DNA of 60,593 bases, filler included, from Porpidia crustulata (GCA_964255105.1; 13 parts of 13 records of this genome joined end to end with filler, not necessarily neighbours in it), one strand, 5' to 3'. Shown: positions 12,516 through 25,517, counted from the first letter of the whole stretch. Made by a program: numbers and translations. The notes: generated by a model from the letters alone, not told the origin.

Positions 12516-13978
12516 ATGGCAGATGAGGCGCAGCAGAGATTGGAGGTAGAGATGATCCCAGGAACCGAAATATTGTCTCGTGATGGAGAGGTTCATTTGA
12601 TTCGAGGCGAGAAGGGAGGCTACGAAGGAATGGTTCTGGTGCCTCAACCTTCACAAGATCCTCATGATCCCTTGGTGAGTAACCTTGAGCGAATGAAGTA
12701 CTATTGTACTAGCTAAAGATCAATCCTAGAATTGGACGCCTTTTTGGAAACGGACCGCTATCTTGAACCAAGTACTTTTCATCTTCATCAGCCAGCTGAT
12801 TCCCTTATCTATTGCTCCTTTAACGCCAATTCTCGTGGAACAATTCGATAAAAGCATTCCTCAGATCGCGCTTCTGGTGAACCGATTCAACGACCTGCAG
12901 ATCCCGTCGACATGCTAAGTTGCAAAGACAGGAGCAACGGTGATAGCACTCGGTTACGCGAACCTGCTGATCATCCCATTCAGCAACATCTTTGGCCGCC
13001 GTCCCGCGTCTCTGATTTGTTCCATCACCTGCATTGTGGCAACAATCTGGCAAGCTGTTGCTAAATCTTATGGCTCTTTCCTTGGGGCTAGAATCGTCAA
13101 TGGCCTTGGCGCGGCAGCGAATGAGACAATTATGGCCGTTGTTGTGGCGGATGTCATGTTCATGCATGAGAGGGGTGCCTGGATGGGTTTGTTCTTGTAG
13201 AAATCCGGCATTCAAACGATGAGTGGGTCATTCACTGACGTTCAAATAGCTGGTCGTACTTCCTGGGATCGATGCTTGGTCCCATCATCTCTGGTGGCAT
13301 CGCTTCACATGTTTCTTACAGATGGTTCTTCTGGGTTTGCACAATTGCGCAAGCGGTGAGTGAAGTTGACGATGCGATTTTTCCTCATGGAATAAACTTA
13401 CATTTCCATCTGATAGGCCAATTTTCTGGCCCTCTTTTTTTTCTTTCCAGAGACAAAATACGACCGCTCCACTAAATCCTGCCTTGGCAGCTCCCAGATA
13501 ATTGTTCCTGAGAAGCGACAGTCTAGCACGGACCTATCGGAAAAGCCCTCCGTCTCGTTTCCCGAGTCTGCTGTGACAATCCTGAACCAAAGCCCTGCAA
13601 AAGATCAAGAAGCGTCCGGATCATCCTCCCCAAAACGTCCTAGAATCACCGGTCACGGTGTCCCCTCGTCACACCAACGTTTTACTCTCCTTTCCCGTCC
13701 CTCACCTCACGCCTTGACAACACTCACTCGCACCTCCCTAACCTCATTTGTCATCCTCTCATACCCAATAATCCTCTGGGCATCTCTGACCACCGGCTTC
13801 GCCGCCAACGCCGTCCTCGCCCTCAACCTCACTCAATCTCAAGTCTTCGCTGCCCCACCATATAATTTCTCGCCCCAACAGGTCGGATTCGCGAACTTTG
13901 CGCTAGCGGTGGGGGCGGCGGTGGGTTTAGTGATTGGTGGGCCCTTGAGCGACTGGTTGGGGGTTAGAAGAGCGAGGG
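12516..13978 (+). CDS. MFS transporter, HOL1/DHA1-like; multi-exon, 3'-truncated
   Basis: Motifs IPGTEIL, LVPQPSQDPHDPL|NWT, FGRRP, FLGARIVNGLGAA, VADVMFMHERG, GPIISG..RWFFW, FAAPPYNFS and GPLSDW. A possible extra in-frame upstream exon ends at about 12349. Confidence 0.9.
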
Positions 13979-14078
13979 NNNNNNNNNNNNNNNNNNNNNN
14001 NNNNNNNNNNNNNNNNNNNNNNTTAATTAATTAANNNNNNNNNNNNNNNNNNNNNNNNNNNNNNNNNNNNNNNNNNNN

Positions 14079-16488
14079 CATCCCCGCAACCAACGCCATC
14101 TTACCCACATAATCCAATACGCCTCCCGCACCGCCTCTCAGCCCCATCCCAAACCACGCCCCCGGTGCATAAAGGTCTTGCGCTTGCGTGATTCCCGACG
14201 CCGGGTTTATGCCGGGATAGTAAGTGGGGGAGGAAAGGTAGGCCAAAGCGGTGGCACGCACGTAGAGGGCTTCGAGGGGAAGGAGCAGGAGAGTGGTGAG
14301 GTGCATTGCCAGCTGGGAGGAGAGGGAGGAGGAGGGGTAGGTTGAGAGGACGGTTAAGCGGTGGCGGCGGTGACGGGCGCAGAGAACTTGCGCGCTGTCA
14401 GCGTCGGGACGGGGTTGAGCCAGTCTTTCTTGTTCTTCAACAAAGGCTTGGGCAAGGGTTTGGGGTCCGTCTCTGGAGTCAAGGACCGATGTGAAGGTGT
14501 TTGTGGTTGGAGTGTCGGCTGCTGTTGAGTGGCTTGTAGCGTTGGCGGGAGGTTGCATTTGTACGTTGAGTTGGACGACGTCGGCTGCGAAGTTTCCGAC
14601 TATGAAGTTTCCGGCGGGGATGATTTCGGCGGAAATGTGCATGGCTGGGCTAATGGGGGAACGCTGGGAGGATTCCGGTGGGGTGCGGGAGAGGTCCGGT
14701 GTTGAGGGACGTTCGGCGGGGTTATCGATAGTTGGGAGGGACTCGTGTGTGGGAAGTCGGCTGGCGGAGAGAGGGACAAGCGTGTTGTCTTCATCGGGTT
14801 CTTCATCCGTGGGAATGATTACTTCGGGTTGAGAGCCTGTGGGGTTGGGTTCCGGTAGAGAGTTGGGACGTGAGTCGACGGATTGTGTGGCGAGGTTTTC
14901 AGGGAAACTTGATACCATAGGTACTTTTTGTTCTCTTTGTGGCATGATGGGCAGATAACTTCGAACCCAGGTTGATACGCTACAGAGATCTTTCTTGAAT
15001 TCTTCGAGTAGAGTTCTCGATGGGGAAGGGTCCATTGTAGTCTCGTTCCTAATCGAGCCGACTCCAGGAATATTACCGTCATCAAAGTCGTCTTCTAAAG
15101 CTGCCATGATGGACATACTGTCAGGGTCCAAGGGTTTGGGTGGTAAACAATGTATGTACGTGTATAGCTTTCGATACACAATCGGCTCTCCACAGCAGAA
15201 TATCCACCAAAGTATTGTTGGAGAAAGAATAAGGGAGCTAAGAAAGTCGAGGGATGATCTCAAAGTAAAGGTAGTGGGTAGACTCGGTAGCTGAAACATG
15301 GACAGTCGTGCGAACGGTATGAAGATTTTTGGGTGAGGTAGGAGAGGCCAGCTCGAAATCAAGCCTAGCTGCTGTAGAGTAGAGAATGATCCCAGTGGAG
15401 TTATGAACATGAACGTAACAGCCTCAAGACTGTTGTAACAGATTCTTAGCACATGTTACCGGACACATTTCTTTGATGTAGCACTCACATGCTGTCAACT
15501 ACTTCCACACCAATCATGGCCCTACGCAAAGTCTTTGCGCTTTTGGTGATCGATTTGGCCTGTTTAGTCATGGTATTATGCATTTTCTTGCGAATGAACC
15601 ATCGGACTGTGTCGAGCAAGATGTAAGATAGCTTCGCAGTGATTCCACCAAACAAAAATTGCCAAGGACCAAAGTGTCTCCATTCTGACTTAATGATCGC
15701 AGTTAGGGGGACCCCGAAATTAGACCGAAACGTCTAAGTGAACTGTCAATATGCATTGTGAAAGTAATGAACCTCACATTACTTACTTGGAGTCGCTGCC
15801 GCAAGCCCCAAACCCAGAACGTGACAATCAAGCAGAGTCCCACATCCGCTGCTCTCATGCACATGCCGATCTCATTCTCCCTGATCACCCAGTCAATCGT
15901 GGCTTTATCGCTATGGCCGGTTGATGGTTGATCCGCTGGGGTTCGAATAGCATTTCCATTCTCATCCACACCCACACATACGCCTACAGTTGCTAGAATA
16001 TCGTTTTGAGCTCTGCGCGATTGGCGAAGAAGCTCCCGAGAAATCGGATTTTCTGGATGCCCTCTACGGTCGTACTGTTGAACATAACCCGGCCCAGTAA
16101 GAAGCGAAGACTGCGAAGCACCCAAGTCTGGGGACTCGGCTCGCTCTGTACTTTCTGGTTCCGGTGCTTCATATGCAGAGCGACCCTATACAGGGTTATG
16201 ATTAGAAAAACCATATACTAAACTCATACTCAATTCCTGCAGCTCTGTTGTATAGAGCGCTGACAATCCTCAAACCAAGGAATCAAACATTGAGCCGAAA
16301 GAAAGCCAAGGAGCACAGGGCGGGAAACAGCTAGGATAATCGGCCAACTCGTAACGAGCGACTCTATCAGAAATGCTTGGATCAAACAGGGAGTGGAGTC
16401 TATAAAGGCGTAGGCTGAGTATCATACAAAAACTTTCAGTAAATCGACTCACCAGTGCAAGTCGGGTCAGGTAAGCTTGGCGGCCCAT
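14079..16488 (-). CDS. Conserved fungal membrane protein of unknown function (at least 4 exons, 3'-truncated)
   Basis: Exon 1 MGRQAYLTRLAL (16488..16453) splices to GRSAYE...YDRRGHPENP...RRAQNDILATVGV. Further GT-AG introns join it in frame to the 473-aa ORF. Several hydrophobic segments flank a P/S/T-rich insert. Confidence 0.8.
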
Positions 16489-16843
16489 ACTGTTAACAAT
16501 GCCTTGCCCCTTATGTTAGCTTGATTGAGGTTCTTGGCTCCCAGATACGTCTATGTCAGACGGGAGTTCTGTAATTCTTTTCAAATTTATATCAGGATCG
16601 TTGATGCTTCCCACTTCCTACTTTATATAGCTGTTGAAAGTTCGGGAGTCAACACATGTCCTGATTGGGTAGCAGCGATTGACGGCAGCTAATGCACTGC
16701 AGGCCAACCTTATATAAATTACCCACGCACGCTACGGTATCATAAATTTTGTTGTATCTTACCGTCTACAAGAGAAGATGTGCCTGATAGAGACCGCACC
16801 TTCTTCCCATTGAGATTGTTTCAATAGCACTAGAAAAGCTGGC

Positions 16844-18668
16844 ATGTCTTCGAGAAACAGCGTCACCATAACTTTCGAGCCTGAGAGAATCATACAACCA
16901 ATATACACGGGCGGGGATGCTGTGCTCGACAAAGAAGGCCGAATATTGGCAACATGCCTGGGTGAGGAGGCACTTCTCACTGACCTAAATACTGGCGAAC
17001 TATTGGCACGGATAGAGGGTGTAGGTGGCATTTGGAGAGTTTGGTGCCAAGGTCGCTGAAAAGAGTATTAGGATGGTGAGGTCTTGACAACACTTTCGAG
17101 TATGCCCTCCACTATTTTATGGCAAAGAACAATGCCTAATACGCCGTCGCAGTCACACCGACTGCGTCGCATTTGATACTTTGCTCGCGCTCACTTTCTA
17201 TGAAAATCTATGCATTGCATCCATCTCCGAAATCCTCTTCTTCGATCCAACCAAGACTGCTAAAAACATTGAAACCGCATACGACACCAGTCATCGTAGC
17301 TGCTGTAGACAGCACAGGGACTCTATGCGCAACGGGAAGCTCTGATGGGGCCATAAAAGTGTGGGATATCCGGGGAGGCTCCGTAACTCATACCTTCCGC
17401 GGACATTCTGGTGTCATCTCCGCCCTACACTTTTTCGAAGCCACAGAATCCGAGTCAACTGCAAAGATATTAAAGAAGAATCGACAAAAGGGCAGAGAGA
17501 ATCAAGACGAAGTAATGCAAAATGGAATAGTCAACGGCGATTCCCTCAATGCGTCGTTTCGTTTGGCGTCAGGGAGTGAAGATGGAAAGATTCGAATTTG
17601 GGATTTGGCAAAGCGAAAGTCACTGGCAATCCTAGATTCTCATGTCTCTGTGGTCCGTAGTCTCGACTTTTCTTTGCAGGCGAACGTCCTTGTTTCCGGA
17701 AGTCGAGACAAGACCTTGATACTTTGGGATGCAAAAAGCTGGAAGGTCAAAAGAGTAGTGCCTGTCCTTGAAGGGGTTGAAGCAGTGGGATTCCTTGATG
17801 ATGGCGAGCTCATCTATACTGGAGGAGAAAATGGTATTTTACGTATCTGGGATGCTAAGGGTGGACAAGAGATCACGCAAGAGCAGCAAAATGGAAATGA
17901 GGATGACGGGATTGTGCACATATGCGCTTGCCAAGACCAAAATTTCCTTCTTTGTGTACACGCAGATCAAAGTCTAGTCCTTCATTCTACCAATCCACTC
18001 TCTGCTCTCAATTCTTCTAACGTCACGATTGATCCTTTGCCCATCCTTCGACGAATATCAGGCACGCACGACGAGATAATCGACCTCGCTTATGTAACGC
18101 CAGATCAATCTCTGCTCGCTCTGGCTACCAACTCGGAAGATATTCGGCTTGTATCTCTTGCTACTTCGTTCTCCACCACGACCTCTCCAGCAACCGCAAA
18201 GTACTTTGGCGCCAATGTCGCACTTCTTCAAGGTCATGAAGATATCATCATTTGTCTTTCCGTCGACAGGTCCGGCTGCTGGCTTGCCACAGGCGCCAAA
18301 GATAACACCGCACGTCTTTGGCGAATCGACCATGCACAAAACTCCTATACTCACTATGCTACCTTCACCGGACACGCCGAATCCATTGGGGCAATTTCCC
18401 TAGCCTCAAACCCCTCTCCGACAGGCTCGGCAGCACACACGAACCCTCTGGACTATCCTCCCCCTTTTTTGTTGACCGGCTCCCAAGACCACACCATCAA
18501 ACGCTGGAACACCACCACCTCCAAATCCTCCATCTCCAAAACATCCTCTTCCACACAAAGAGCCCTCTACACCCGCAAAGCCCACGACAAAGACATCAAC
18601 GCCCTCGCCCTTTCCCCGACCTCCACCCTCTTCGCCTCCGCCTCCCAAGACCGCACTGTCAAAATCTG
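16844..18668 (+). CDS. UTP13: U3 snoRNA-associated WD40 protein Utp13 (TBL3); 3'-truncated
   Basis: N-terminal TFEP...PIYTGG followed by multiple WD repeats (IKVWDI, THTFRGHSG, SGSRDKT.ILWD, GTHDEIIDL, ATNSEDIR, YTRKAHDKDINA). Confidence 0.95.
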
Positions 18669-18768
18669 NNNNNNNNNNNNNNNNNNNNNNNNNNNNNNNN
18701 NNNNNNNNNNNNTTAATTAATTAANNNNNNNNNNNNNNNNNNNNNNNNNNNNNNNNNNNNNNNNNNNN

Positions 18769-19476
18769 AGTTTGGGGTTGGGGAACCGTGGCCGGTGATG
18801 GGTCTTTTAGGTCTTTGGGTTTGGGCTTGAAGTCGAGTTTAATCTTTTCACCCGGCTCGCGCTTGAGTATACTTCCTTCGACTTCGTCGGCTTCTTTCTC
18901 GTCATCCAATCTTCCTTTTTCCTGCGCATCCAGCTTCGCCCGCTCGACCTGCTCTTCGATGACTCTCCTCTCCCTCTCCTCGTCCCCGCGGTCCTGCCGC
19001 TCCTTTTTCCGGATCGCGTCTTGCCGCCTCAGCGACTCGGGGCTGTTGTCGATCCAGCTGATGTGCAACCCCTTGTCCGTTTCCTCCACCCTGCATAAAC
19101 CCTCCCGGCCCAGGTGTTTCGCATACTCGGTCAAGCTCGGCCATTTGGTCGAATTCATGTGCACGTGCTCTTTATTGGCGATGTACTCCTGGTAGAAGTG
19201 GTTCATGTGGATCTTCTTCTCGCCGTGGGAGGTGCGCAGGAGCTGCAGGAAGTCGCGCTGGAATTGGTTGGAGAAGTCGTTGATGTGTTTGCGGGGGTCT
19301 TCGCCGATGAGCAGCATTTGGCGGACGTGCGATTCGGATTGGGTGTGGCATTTGAAGCCATTTTCGTCGCGGGTTTGTTTTTCACAGACTTGGCAGTACC
19401 AACGGAGGCGTTGGAGGCCTTTGGATTTGAGCTTATTATTGAGGTATTTGGTGGATCCGACTTCGGCTTTGGGCAT
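18769..19476 (-). CDS. KIN17: KIN17/Rts2 zinc-finger DNA/RNA-binding protein; 3'-truncated
   Basis: MPKAEVGS...KSKGLQRLRWYCQVCEKQ.RDENGFKCHTQSESH, plus Kin17-mid motifs FYQEYIANKEHVHMNSTKWPSLT. Confidence 0.95.
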
Positions 19477-19861
19477 GACGACGATTTTTGTGCAAGAGGG
19501 TGGTGTTGTTGCAAACAGCTACGAAGCGGCTGGGGGTGGATCGGATATAGACAAGGCTGAATAAAGCTTAGCGCACCTAATGGGCAGGGATATGATTTCA
19601 CATCAGGGCTCTCTTTTTTTTGACACATTGAGCATCAATATTGAGCATAAACGATGCGAAATCTCCTAGTTAAGTGCATTGGTAGACAAAAGGTGGTGAC
19701 CTGAAGAGTCGTGATCGAGTATGTTCGAGGGAAATGCTTATAGAATTATCTAGATTTAAATTACTCCATTGAAAAATGAACGACGACTTGTCGATACGTC
19801 CATGTGCTATCAACCCTCATGCTCCTGACTCCTCCCAAATGCTTACTTTTCCAAGTCTCCA

Positions 19862-21418
19862 TCAAACGATCCTTCCATTCTCTTTCTTCCTTCTTCCTAG
19901 GCGCCCCTCATCTTCGTCATCGCTCATCAAACCCTCCAATTCAAATTCCTCCGCATCCCTAACCCTGTGGTCCGCATGCCCATTGACCCTAGGCAGCGTT
20001 GCAGGGCCTCCGTTCAGAGTTGGTTTTGTAGGAATGGCAAGCTGAGCATAGAGATGCAGGAGCATAGAAACGAAGAGGAAGAGCAGGAAAGAGACGCTAT
20101 ATAATAGGAGTACATATGAGGTGTGTGAGACATTCGCTTGAGTTAAGAGAACCATCTGCTCTTCTGTGGCGCCCATGAAAAGGAAGCCAGAAGTATAGAG
20201 GAGCTACGGTCAACATAAGCTACATATTCGCGGCGATGTTCTTGGATTGAAGGGATTACTCACAAAGGGTGTTAAATATTGCCAGCTGTTGGTCTCCTCG
20301 TGGTCTGTGTCCGAGATAGAATTCTGATCTTTAAGTACAAAAGCAATCTCCACAATCCGCACGGCCCCAGCTGCCATGAGGGTGTATCCAAAAACCGTAT
20401 GGACTTTAGTACTGATCATCAGCTCTTGATCGTGGGCGCTCATCGCCCATCCAGTCAATAGAATGACAATCCCAGGTATCAGATTCCTCTTCGGCCCCCC
20501 ATCCCTTTTCCTTGATAACCAAATTCCTACCAGCCCAGCACACCACCATACAATTCCCATGCTCGTATGTTGCAAATCGTTCCGTACCCAAGGACCGCCC
20601 CATTCGTGCTCAGTAAAGGTGTTTATGCAACCCCATACAGCGATTAGCAAACTGTCGAAAAATTCTTGACTTCGGCCTGTGCGTTTGAGCCATAATTGTC
20701 CGACTAGCAGGATCATTGTTAAGATGATGCCATATGCGATGAATGCACTTCCCATGATGAAATGGGCCAAACATTGCCCAACATGATCACCCTTTTCTCC
20801 ACAGAAACCCAAGGCGGTTATTGCACCAAACAGTATTTGTACCCAGCTAGCCACCGGCATTGCTTTTCCAACGACTCCATGTGCTCGTATGGTATATCGA
20901 CGCAAACGCGCGTGGATCCCCTTTTCCATGTGTAGCTTGAGATATATTCCGAACAAGACCTGCATAAGAAGCATGATCATGAGGATAGAGGCAAAGGAGG
21001 CGTGTATGTTAGGAGCAAATTGGCGCCCTCCGTGGTTGTGGCCGAGGAAGTAGCCTACGACTGCGAAAATAACACCGAGGGTTTGTAGGGGAACGTGCCA
21101 TCGGGAGCGAACGATCTGAGTAGATTAGTGCTATGAACTCACAATCTGAATGAGGTTATGCTGACCCCAAGGACCATGCCGGTGGGGAAGATCAGGGCGA
21201 AGGAGATCATTTGGATGGCTATGTGGATCCATAGTGTGACATCCTGCACTCATATATCAACATCACAAATCCACCATATACCGCAGTAGAGGGCGTACGA
21301 TTGGATCCGCAGAGATCCGCTCGCCTTCAGGTATCTCATCGCTGTGATGCTCATGAGCTGCTACGATGCCGAGCAATAGAAGGCATCCCACCGGAGCGAG
21401 AGTCGATGGGCGAAGCAT
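19862..21418 (-). CDS. YTP1: Ytp1-family integral membrane protein (signal peptide, HEHH motif, multiple TM helices)
   Basis: Spliced start MLRPS...AHEHHSDEIP...DPI|DVTLWIHI...IFPTGMVLG|IVRSRWHVP, followed by GQCLAHFIMGSAF, GRSQEFFDS, DLQHTSMG and FMGATEEQ. Confidence 0.88.
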
Positions 21419-21734
21419 ATTAACTGTCAGTCGTTAAAGTAATGATATGGCTTCTAATTTTGCGAAACCGATGGACATCATTGGTATCTTAACATTTGAA
21501 GAATTTGAAATGCTAAGACGGCCCGTGGTGAGTAAAGAACGGGACAACGACGCCTCCCTCGTTTGGTGAAGCGATGCCTATGGGCACTAGGGTCCGCACT
21601 AGCAGGGTTCTAGGGGAAACACTCAGTCTCAGCATCCGCTTCTGCAGAACCATTTCAATAGTCAAATATCAAGTCTACAAGTAGATACTCCCACAAGTCC
21701 GCCACTCTTCTCGCGACCAAGAATATTGATCGAA

Positions 21735-22226
21735 ATGGTCTGCCCCCAAGGAGTAAATTATGACACTGGCACGCGCCTTCAAGCTCTGGCGCTCTCAGAA
21801 GGCGGCATGGATGTCAAAGGCGTCAAGGCCATCACCAACCTAAGCCACGGGACGATTTATCGCCTTCGAAAATTAGCCAGAGATAGAGGTTATAACCCCG
21901 AGATCAGCAAACAGTTGAAGCTGGAGTACGTGGTGGATAGGCCCAAGTCGGGTAGGCCGAAAAAGGTTTGGGCGGAGGGGGAGGTGAGGAGGAAAAGGAA
22001 CAAGAAGAAGAAGGTGGTGAAAACTGGTAATGATGCCACGGAGGTGCAACAGCAGAAAGAAGGAGAGGGGAACGCTGAGGTGGAAGGTGTACAGAACCAA
22101 GGCGCAGAAATGCATGGCTTGCATGGCGTACTTGATCCAACGATAGTTGAAGGAGGTTCTAGGGCTTGGGAGCCGGGTGTTATGATGGACGAAAGGGAGA
22201 GGTACTGGGATCCAAGTAAATCATAG
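21735..22226 (+). CDS. Protein with a Tc1/mariner-type N-terminal HTH only (no DDE domain)
   Basis: YDTGTRLQALAL...VKAITNLSHGTIYRLRKLARDRGYNP...YVVDRPKSGRPKK, then a basic NLS-like stretch RRKRNKKKK and an acidic tail. The ORF is clean. Confidence 0.7.
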   Translation: MVCPQGVNYDTGTRLQALALSEGGMDVKGVKAITNLSHGTIYRLRKLARDRGYNPEISKQLKLEYVVDRPKSGRPKKVWAEGEVRRKRNKKKKVVKTGNDATEVQQQKEGEGNAEVEGVQNQGAEMHGLHGVLDPTIVEGGSRAWEPGVMMDERERYWDPSKS

Positions 22227-23163
22227 GGTTTGACACATGAGGAGGAGAGTTGGTAGCATACCATGTTACTAGGAGAGCTTTTCCTCTTACGAATCTACAA
22301 GGAAGGTGAAGGGGAGAGAAGGGTTGGGAGACATGTGTACGTCCAGTGCACCTTGGTGGAAACCAAGATATTGAGGTGAGATTGCTCCAAAGAAGGCTGG
22401 GGAAGAATCCTATCACTATCTATTGGTACTTAGCTAGAACAAGCTGAAATTCTTCGATAACATAGGACTTCCAGGTTACAAAGAGAAGCCATCTCGTGAG
22501 CTCGCAAAAATGTGCTGCTTCATTTTGAATCGTCGACACTTCCCCACGGATCCCTTTAGGAGCGCTGAATTGATGATTATCTGGTGTTCCACCCATATGT
22601 GCCATCAACTTCAAGCTGCCACCGATAATATCATGCCTTCTGTCTCTTTGACTATCATATTGCCACCCCGGCGATTTTCAATCGCCAGCTTCCAGTCCAA
22701 AACCCTCCATGACCTCTTTGACGCGAACACCACGCTGGTCCGCAATCATACCCATCAAACCGGTGCCGATGTCGCGCATCTCATTGTAGGTGTGCAGGCG
22801 GCGGATATGATTTTCGACGGTACTGGAAGGGGGGTTTGGGGATCTACTCGAAGGCGGAGGTATTAATGAACCAAAGACTATTCAGTCCAAGGCGAAAGGA
22901 ATTGAGAAGTGGGGGAGAGAATTGCACGTGCTGTTGACAAGTGGAAATCGAAGGGTGGCAACAAGGGCATGTGGAACATGGCAACAAAAGGGGTATGCAA
23001 TGGCTCGAACTAGACACGAGGTTTGATACCTTGCGACTCGGCAGGCACGCCTGACACGTAGACCAAAGGTCAAAATCAGGTGAAGGAACTCGGACGTACG
23101 GAATTAATGGCTTGAACGGTAATGGTGATAGCATACAGCTGTTTCGGGAGCAAAAGGAAAGTC

Positions 23164-23352
23164 TCACTTAAGCTTTGCAGCAATCTCTTGCTCCTTGGCG
23201 TTGATCTCGGCGATCTGAGCCTCGAGGGCGGCGATCTTGGCTTCCAGGATGGCCTAGTGCGATGGTAAGAAGCTAAATTCCTAGGTCTGGAGATGGAGGA
23301 GGGAGAGGACTTGCCGCTTTTTGGACTTCGGCTTTGGTGAGTTGGGGTGGTG
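23164..23352 (-). CDS. 3' end of an unidentified coiled-coil protein gene; contains a GC-AG intron
   Basis: PPQLTKAEVQKA|AILEAKIAALEAQIAEINAKEQEIAAKLK*. The intron at 23314..23254 starts GCAAGT and ends CTAG. The unspliced frame hits a stop. Confidence 0.6.
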
Positions 23353-24508
23353 NNNNNNNNNNNNNNNNNNNNNNNNNNNNNNNNNNNNNNNNNNNNTTAA
23401 TTAATTAANNNNNNNNNNNNNNNNNNNNNNNNNNNNNNNNNNNNNNNNNNNNGTATCTGAGAGTAGAGAGGGGGGAAAGGAGTGTTATGGTGTGGTGTGG
23501 TGATTTACAGGCGTGGGATTATTTCTGGTTCAGGAGGAGATAGATAGAGCGGTCAGGAGATTAGTTTTGATATTGATATTGGTAGTCACCACCCGGGCGA
23601 ACTGCACTTGTGGGTTGTCGATCCGCTCGGTGGATTCCAGTAGCTGGCGAGATATCTACAGTTGCAAGGTAATTGTGAGAAAGCAAGGTTGAGGGATGGT
23701 GCCATGGTTGGATAACTGTAACAAACAGTAAGTCGATATTTATTTGTTCATTATGAAGCCGCGTTAGTTAAAAAAGCTAGATAGGCTCGTCTTCGGACGT
23801 ATGGAGGATGTATTCTCATAAATGTCTCGTCTTCCATTCAACGAAATGGCGGCGTCATCTATTAAGCAGAGGCTTTCGGGTCATCCTTCGAGATAGGCAT
23901 TGTACGCTTGGATGGGTCTCATGTGATTTGTTGCGGGGCTTCTGCTGCAATATTTCTAAGACCACTCACGGGAATTAGCCTGGATATTTTGCAAGAGAGA
24001 TTCGTTATAGGGTTTGAAAATGTATATATAGGATCTGGATGTACTATAAAAAGAACATCAGAAACAATCATGACACGCTTCTGTGTGCTACATAGGGAAT
24101 TGAGCGAGCTGGAAGCAAAAGAACAAAACCTTCCCGTGTCTTGTTTCCAACACATTCCCATATTGTCTGTACAAAGACTGGTGTTATCAGACTGAAATGA
24201 GGGATGTATAAATTTCTTGAAACTCCTTCGAAACCTTGCTAAGCTATACGCAACCAAGGGGTGTAGCCGAGAATGCGGCGTAACTCGGCAAAGCAACCAT
24301 GGGGATCAATCAAGAGAGCCTTGGTGACGAGAAATGCCAACATGCCACCTTATTCAGGCTCAACACCAACTCAATCACTGGCTTCCAAAAGCCAGCTTCT
24401 TACAGGGACTAAGAGAACCCGAAAATGAGCTAACAATTTGGACCCTGGCGACATATTTATCCGTCTGTCGTTAATAAGTCCTGAAACCTGATTGCACACC
24501 AAAAGAAA

Positions 24509-25517
24509 TCACGTCGGCGAGGTTGCTCCTGGAGGCGAGAGAATCACAGGATTGGCAGGAAGCTCTCCAAGTGGGCCAGGGATTTTAGGGTAAGACGGTC
24601 CCGGCACTTGGCCGTCGCCCACCGCTTGGGTCGCGGTTGGAGGAAGTGGTATTGATGACCAGGATCCTTGAGCACCGTTCTGGAGTGCCTGTTCGAGATC
24701 ACGTGAGCTCATGACTGAGTCGGGTGGTTGACCTTGTGTCATTTGCATGCCCGTGGGATTGAGCGGAACGGAAACTTGAGGCGCGTCGACGGGGTGAGGA
24801 CCATGTGAGCCAGGGATCCTCCGGTTCATGGCTGAATTTGTGGACCATACAAACACGCCAATTCCACCAACTCTGCCTGTGAAAATCCATCATGTCAAGG
24901 GCTGAGCTTGAGGGCACGTGCCAGCTAAAGGGATCTTGACATACCTGCAGGCTGCCAGCCGGATAGTTTAGCGGTCCTGACACACTCTCGCTCGACATGC
25001 CGAGCTGCCTCCATAAGGTCCTCATAACTTGCCAGGTCTGATATCGGTTTTGTACCCCAATCCCAGGGTTTGATACCTGGTAGCTCACCCGGTTGGAACA
25101 TATTCAGCAGTACAATGGCCAACGTGCAAGTGCCTTCCCACTCAACATTAGCGCGCCTTCCAAAATTGCCGGGAACCGCCACTCACGGTATATGTATTTT
25201 CTTGGTGCCCTTTGTATAGCAAGTGATAGATGCTGCTGAGCATGGTCGTTGAGGAATTCGAATTCGGAATGGCCATGAAGTCGTACATCATTATCATGAA
25301 GTAGTCGGATTGCTCCGAGGCAATCCTCCTCCTGGTCGCCTCGATACTCCCAGTCTGGCGAATCTGCACAGTAGGAAGGATCACCTTTGTGACTGGGACG
25401 ATCTAGATTGGAGACATTTCTCGGAGTGATGACGAAGCTGGTGGCAATCTGGGCGAGGATGAGGAATGCAAATAGAGATCTTAGATATGGTTTTAAAGGA
25501 GACATTCGAGTTGCCAT
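24509..25517 (-). CDS. Secreted Cys-rich effector-like protein with Pro/Gly-rich tail (3 exons); paralog of 10728..11399
   Basis: Signal peptide (LRSLFAFLILAQIATS). GT-AG introns at 25186..25134 and 24944..24877 join three ORFs in frame: YCADSPDW..EDCLGAI..FEF..PRKYIY|RTCTLAIV..DLASYEDLMEAA..VERECV..GW..G|RVGGIGVFVW. Confidence 0.8.

Noticed and set aside
22510..22866. 118-aa ORF with a somewhat protein-like second half
   Set aside because: No recognisable domain, start context or splice support, so I cannot distinguish it from chance.
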